Below are positions 59,227 to 64,000 of a DNA stretch of 64,000 nucleotides, piece after piece. Numbering within the stretch: the stretch's first letter is position 1; each line of letters opens with the position of its first letter. A program made the position numbers and the translations under genes. Source of the stretch: an uncultured Verrucomicrobia subdivision 3 bacterium (lineage in GTDB: Bacteria; Verrucomicrobiota; Verrucomicrobiia; Limisphaerales; UBA11358); NCBI GenBank assembly GCA_903865745.1, contig CAIPKV010000078.1, positions 12,649 through 76,648 of the forward strand, read 5' to 3'. The notes beneath the pieces are model-generated. The model did not search any database. It saw only the letters and a list, made by a program, of their open reading frames with translations, and was not told the DNA's origin.

Positions 59227-59901
59227 ATGACCTCTGAACAAATTTCGCAGGCGAATGCCGAGCTGCGCACTAAATCACCGCTGGAAATCATCCGCTGGGC
59301 CATCGCTCAATCCCACGGCCGCGCGATTGTCTCCACCAATTACCGGCCATACGAGGCTGTCATACTTCATCTTGTCACGCAGGTGCAGCCTGACATTCCA
59401 GTACTCTGGGTTGATCACGGCTACAATCGTCCGGCGACTTATGTGCATGCTGAGCAGATGAAGAAATTGCTCAATCTAAACATCAAAGCTTACCTGCCCA
59501 AACTAACAGCGGCGCATTACGACGCTGCCTTTGGTGGGATGCCGGAGCCGACGCCGGAAAATGAGGAACGCATCAAGGCATTCAGCACTACCATGAAACT
59601 GGAGCCATTCCAACGCGGCATGAAGGAACTCGCGCCGACCATCTGGCTGACTGCGTTGCGCAAGGTTCAGAATCCCAATCGTGCCGGCCTCGACATCGTT
59701 AGCGAGGACAAGAATTTCAATTCACTCAAGGTCAGTCCGCTGTTTTATTGGAGCGACGCCGACATGGAAAAATATCTTACCGCCCATAATCTACCGAATG
59801 AGTGGGATTACTTTGATCCCGCCAAGGCCGACGAGAAGCGCGAATGCGGTTTGCACGCGAGTTGGGGCGGCAAAGCCGTCGAAGGCGGCTCTGGAATCTG
59901 A
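59227..59901 (+). CDS. cysH: Phosphoadenosine phosphosulfate reductase
   Basis: KLEPFQR and C-terminal ECGLH; position in the cys operon. Confidence 0.9.
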   Translation: MTSEQISQANAELRTKSPLEIIRWAIAQSHGRAIVSTNYRPYEAVILHLVTQVQPDIPVLWVDHGYNRPATYVHAEQMKKLLNLNIKAYLPKLTAAHYDAAFGGMPEPTPENEERIKAFSTTMKLEPFQRGMKELAPTIWLTALRKVQNPNRAGLDIVSEDKNFNSLKVSPLFYWSDADMEKYLTAHNLPNEWDYFDPAKADEKRECGLHASWGGKAVEGGSGI

Positions 59902-59910
59902 TTTTTCAAA

Positions 59911-60849
59911 ATGAGCAGCTATCACCTGGATCATCTGCAGTATCTGGAGACCGAAGCGATTCACATCATGCGTGAAGTCGCCGCCGAGTTTGAACGCCCT
60001 GCCCTCCTTTTCTCTGGCGGCAAAGATTCCATCTGCCTCCTGCGACTCGCGGAAAAAGCGTTTCGCCCGTCGGACATTCCGATGCCTTTCCTGAACGTCG
60101 AGACCGGCCACGAATTCCCCGAATTGCTGGAATTCCGTGACCGCCGCGCGAAAGAGCTTGGTGCTAAATTGATTGTCCGCACGGTGGACGAAGCTATCGC
60201 CAAAGGCCACGCGCATCCCGCACCCGGCGAAATCAGCCGCAACAAACTGCAAATTCCCGTACTGCTCGGTGCGATTGAAGAATTTCAATTCGATTGCGCC
60301 ATCGGCGGCGCACGACGCGACGAGGAAAAAGCCCGCGCAAAAGAACGCTTCTTCAGCTTCCGCGATTCCTTTGGCCAATGGGATCCGAAGAACCAGCGCC
60401 CGGAAATTTGGAATCTTTACAACGCCAAGCTGAATCCCGGCGAGAATATGCGCGTCTTTCCGCTCTCCAACTGGACGGAGATGGATGTTTGGGAATACAT
60501 CAAGAAAGAGCAGCTCGAAGTACCGAACATTTATTTCAGCCACGAGCGGGACTGTTATAGGAAGGGCGGCCAGTGGCTGCCAGTGCCACCACCGCATACC
60601 GATGCCACCAAACCCGATCCGTTTGCAGGCGCTCGGCCAAAGGCTAACGAACCCATCAAACGCATGATTGTCCGCGTCCGCACGATTGCCGATATGATTA
60701 GTACCGGCATGATCGAATCGAAGACGGAAACCATCGACGACATCATCGGCGAAGTTTCTGCCGCGCGCGTCACTGAGCGCGGCACCCGTGCCGATGACAA
60801 AGCCTCCGAAGCTGCCATGGAAGATCGCAAAAAGGCTGGTTACTTTTAA
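59911..60849 (+). CDS. cysD: Sulfate adenylyltransferase subunit 2
   Basis: FSGGKDS, GGARRDEEKARAKER, WDPKNQRPE and MEDRKKAGYF motifs. Confidence 0.97.
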   Translation: MSSYHLDHLQYLETEAIHIMREVAAEFERPALLFSGGKDSICLLRLAEKAFRPSDIPMPFLNVETGHEFPELLEFRDRRAKELGAKLIVRTVDEAIAKGHAHPAPGEISRNKLQIPVLLGAIEEFQFDCAIGGARRDEEKARAKERFFSFRDSFGQWDPKNQRPEIWNLYNAKLNPGENMRVFPLSNWTEMDVWEYIKKEQLEVPNIYFSHERDCYRKGGQWLPVPPPHTDATKPDPFAGARPKANEPIKRMIVRVRTIADMISTGMIESKTETIDDIIGEVSAARVTERGTRADDKASEAAMEDRKKAGYF

Positions 60850-60871
60850 CCTCAGATTTTTGGATTTCAGC

Positions 60872-63331
60872 ATGAAAACCTGCAAACCAAGCCGCCAACT
60901 GTGCGCGCTGATGCTTTGCATCAGAGTTTGCTTTCAGCTGACCGACAATCTGCACGCAGTTGAGCCGCGTGCCGTTTCGGGAATTTATCCACAACTCGCC
61001 ACCTTCAACAACGAAGGCGAGTGCGGCACGGGTGCGGTGGTACCGTGGGCGGATCGCCTGTGGATTATCAGCTACGGACCCCATAAACCATTTGGTTCCA
61101 CCGATAAACTTTACGAGATTACTCCCAACCTAGAACAAATCGTCCGCCCCGAGAGCATTGGCGGCACGCCAGCGGATCGAATGATTCACCGCGAGTCACA
61201 GCAGCTCATCATTGGTCCGTATCTCATTGACACCAACCTCGATGTCCGTGTCATTCCATGGCAAAAAATGCCCGGCCGGCTCACCGCCGTTGCACGGCAT
61301 CTCACCGACCCGACGAACAAGGTTTATTTCGCTACGATGGAAGCTGGACTTTACGAAGTCGATATCCATTCACTTGCGGTCACTGGCCTGCTCAAAGACC
61401 GTATGAACATACCGAAAGCTGGCGTATTGAGTGAAGATTATCCAGCGGCGGACGAAACAAAACTTCCCGGCTGGCACGGCAAAGGCCTCTACTCCGGTCA
61501 AGGCCGCGTGGTCTTTGCCAACAACGGCGAGCACGGCAAAGACGCAGAGTCAAATCCCGACACCGTGAGCGGTGCGCTCGGCGAATGGTTCGGCTCCGGC
61601 GATTACTCGCTGGTGCGCCGCGCCCAATTCACCGAGGTTACCGGTCCGGGTGGCATTTACGGCAACTTGCATCGCGATACCGACCCGCTTTGGAGCCTCG
61701 GCTTCGACAAACGCTCGCTGATTTTGATGTGTCTGGATAACGGCACCTGGCACGCCTGGCGGCTACCCAAGCCCGATCATTCCTACGACGGGGCGCATGG
61801 CTGGTTCACCGAATGGCCGCGCATCCGCGACATCGGCGAGGATGATTTGCTGATGACCATGCACGGCGCGTTCTGGCATTTCCCGAAAAACTTTTGCGCC
61901 ACGAATTCCGCCGGCATTGCGCCGCGTTCCAGCTACTTGAAAATCATCGGCGACTTCTGCCGGTGGAACGACCGCATCGTGCTTGGCTGCGATGATGCGG
62001 CCATCGTTGAGGTTCCGCGCAAGCTTAAGGGAAAACTTGCGCCGACCGGGCAGTCGCAGTCGAATCTGCAATTTCTCCGGCCATCACAATTGGATGAATT
62101 CGGTCCCACACTCGGCCACGGCGCGGTGTGGCTCAATGACGCCGTCAAGGCGGGCGAAGTTTCCGATTCTTTTCTTTTTTCCGGCTTTACCTACCGCACC
62201 CTCATTTTATCGCACAATAATTTGCAACCCGTCACTTTCACCTTGGAAGTGGACGCGCAGGGTAACGGTGTCTGGAAAAAACTGCGCGACATCGAAGTGC
62301 CGGCTGGTGGGTCCCTCTGGACGGAATTCACGCCCAGCGAAACTGGGGCATGGGTGCGCGTGCGGGCTAATCGTGATTGCACTAAGACCACGGCTTGTTT
62401 TCAGTTTCATAATGCCGACAAGCGCAGTCCATCAGCGGCCACATTGTTTGACGGTCTTCCCGAACCCGGCGACACCCAGATCAGCGGCGGCAGGCTGCAC
62501 CAGCGCGGCGGCGACGCACGGACATTGCAATGTATCTCCGCTGACGGCAAATCGGCTTGCTACGAACTCGATGGAAATTTGAAATTGTACCGGACAAATG
62601 ATCCCGCCAGTATCGCCTGGGCCAAATCAAACCTCGCCATTCCGCGCGATTTTCTGACCGTTGATAATGCTTCCGTCGTTTGCATGGACAATGGCCATCG
62701 CTGGCGGTTGCCGAAAGGCGCGGCTGCTTTTGCGCAACCCGACGCGGGTGCTGACGAACGGGTTTGCCGCGAAGTCGTCACGGAACGGGATTTATTCAAC
62801 GCATTCGGGACTGTCTACGAACTGCCGGCCGAAAGTGCCGGGGGCTTTATTAAAATCCGTCCGATTGCCACCCATAACCGGCAGATTAAGGACTACGCCA
62901 GCTATCGCGGGTTGCTGGTGATGAGCGGCGTCCGGGATGACGCCGCTGGTGAACACATCGTCCGCAGCGACGACGGCCAGTGCGCCTTGTGGGTCGGCTC
63001 GGTGGATGACCTCTGGCAGCTTGGCAAACCGCAGGGTATTGGTGGCCCTTGGAACAATACGGAAGTTGTCTCCGGCCAGCCCTCCGATCCCTATCTGATG
63101 ACCGGCTACGATCATAAAAAGCTTAAACTCGCTCATACTTCCACTGTGCCAGTCACTTTCCACGTGGAAGCGGACTTCTCCGGCACGGGCGACTGGGTCA
63201 TTTACAAGACCTTCACCGTCCAGCCGGGTCAAACTACGGAATATCATTTTCCGGATACGTTCTCTGCGTATTGGGTTCGCCTGACCGCGGACCGCAATAC
63301 CACCGCAACCGCCATTTTCAATTACTACTAA
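60872..63331 (+). CDS. Large secreted hypothetical protein (~820 aa), possibly carbohydrate-active and beta-rich
   Basis: Signal-like N-terminus; W/G/D-rich; ECGTGAVVPWADRLW, HGKG and GAHGWFTEWPRIR segments; no function assignable. Confidence 0.75.
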   Translation: MKTCKPSRQLCALMLCIRVCFQLTDNLHAVEPRAVSGIYPQLATFNNEGECGTGAVVPWADRLWIISYGPHKPFGSTDKLYEITPNLEQIVRPESIGGTPADRMIHRESQQLIIGPYLIDTNLDVRVIPWQKMPGRLTAVARHLTDPTNKVYFATMEAGLYEVDIHSLAVTGLLKDRMNIPKAGVLSEDYPAADETKLPGWHGKGLYSGQGRVVFANNGEHGKDAESNPDTVSGALGEWFGSGDYSLVRRAQFTEVTGPGGIYGNLHRDTDPLWSLGFDKRSLILMCLDNGTWHAWRLPKPDHSYDGAHGWFTEWPRIRDIGEDDLLMTMHGAFWHFPKNFCATNSAGIAPRSSYLKIIGDFCRWNDRIVLGCDDAAIVEVPRKLKGKLAPTGQSQSNLQFLRPSQLDEFGPTLGHGAVWLNDAVKAGEVSDSFLFSGFTYRTLILSHNNLQPVTFTLEVDAQGNGVWKKLRDIEVPAGGSLWTEFTPSETGAWVRVRANRDCTKTTACFQFHNADKRSPSAATLFDGLPEPGDTQISGGRLHQRGGDARTLQCISADGKSACYELDGNLKLYRTNDPASIAWAKSNLAIPRDFLTVDNASVVCMDNGHRWRLPKGAAAFAQPDAGADERVCREVVTERDLFNAFGTVYELPAESAGGFIKIRPIATHNRQIKDYASYRGLLVMSGVRDDAAGEHIVRSDDGQCALWVGSVDDLWQLGKPQGIGGPWNNTEVVSGQPSDPYLMTGYDHKKLKLAHTSTVPVTFHVEADFSGTGDWVIYKTFTVQPGQTTEYHFPDTFSAYWVRLTADRNTTATAIFNYY

Positions 63332-63340
63332 TCATAAACC

Positions 63341-64000
63341 ATGCCCCACTCGCATCCCATCGAATTGCTCCGCTTCAACACCTGCGGCTCCGTTGACGAC
63401 GGCAAGTCCACGCTCATCGGCCGGCTCCTCTATGACTCCAAGTCCTTGATGGAAGACCAGGTCGAGGCGCTGGAAAAATCCGCCGACATCACCGGCGGCG
63501 GCCAGATCAATCTCGCGAACCTCACCGACGGCCTGCGCGCGGAACGCGAACAGGGCATCACGATTGACGTCGCCTATCGCTATTTCGCCACACCCAAACG
63601 CAAGTTCATCGTCGCCGACACGCCGGGCCACGTGCAATACACCCGCAACATGGTCACCGGCGCCTCAACCGCAAATTTGTCCATCGTGCTTGTGGACGCG
63701 CGTCTCGGCGTCATTGAGCAGACCCGCCGACATACATACATTGCGGCGCTGCTCGGCATTCCGCATCTCGTCATCGCCATCAACAAAATGGATCTGGTGG
63801 ACTGGAGCGAAGCGCGCTTCAATGAAATCCGTGATGAAATCGAAAGTTTCCTCCCGAAGTTCGGGGCGTTTCGCGATGTGAAATTCATTCCCATGAGCGC
63901 CTTATCCGGCGACAACGTGGTGGATGCTTCCGCGAAAACTCCGTGGTACGAAGGCCCAGCGCTCTTGCATCATCTGGAAACCGTTTACATCGCGAGCGAC
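63341..64000 (+). CDS. cysN: Sulfate adenylyltransferase subunit 1 (partial, runs off the window; absent from the ORF track)
   Basis: ATG at 63341: [34 protein letters not shown]...[12 protein letters not shown]...DTPGH...NKMD. Confidence 0.96.
   Translation, partial: MPHSHPIELLRFNTCGSVDDGKSTLIGRLLYDSKSLMEDQVEALEKSADITGGGQINLANLTDGLRAEREQGITIDVAYRYFATPKRKFIVADTPGHVQYTRNMVTGASTANLSIVLVDARLGVIEQTRRHTYIAALLGIPHLVIAINKMDLVDWSEARFNEIRDEIESFLPKFGAFRDVKFIPMSALSGDNVVDASAKTPWYEGPALLHHLETVYIASD

Overview
GC-rich bacterial chromosomal segment. Gene content and protein families suggest Verrucomicrobiota, probably a subdivision-3/Pedosphaera-like lineage; this is an inference. Most of it is housekeeping: purSQL, zwf, accA, manA, tkt, tRNA-Arg(CCG), prfC, an ABC-F ATPase, an amidase, pduO, lysC, leuA with a Leu leader-peptide attenuator, bioB, two cyclophilins, a partial T2SS cluster, lon/hsp20, purF, deoC, pyrR-pyrB with a PyrR attenuator, eboE/eboC and cysI-H-D-N. 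Small accessory inserts include XRE+FkbM, vapBC, DUF4236+LRR+ArsR, and an ~820-aa secreted protein between cysD and cysN. The main unexplained signal is four dispersed intergenic arrays (~21.35, 32.1, 44.3 and 49.9 kb) of 14-20 degenerate units with an indel-free 21-bp period. Three are built from a 16-bp palindrome plus a 5-bp spacer, and each has a different consensus. Two of them end in the same 22-bp terminal motif (20/22 identical) in the same relative orientation, which suggests one element family whose repeats diversify. Other items: heptamer micro-repeats between and inside genes, REP-like doublets, a candidate structured sRNA upstream of accA, a GH97 gene split by a single in-frame TAG, and an animal-like transketolase.
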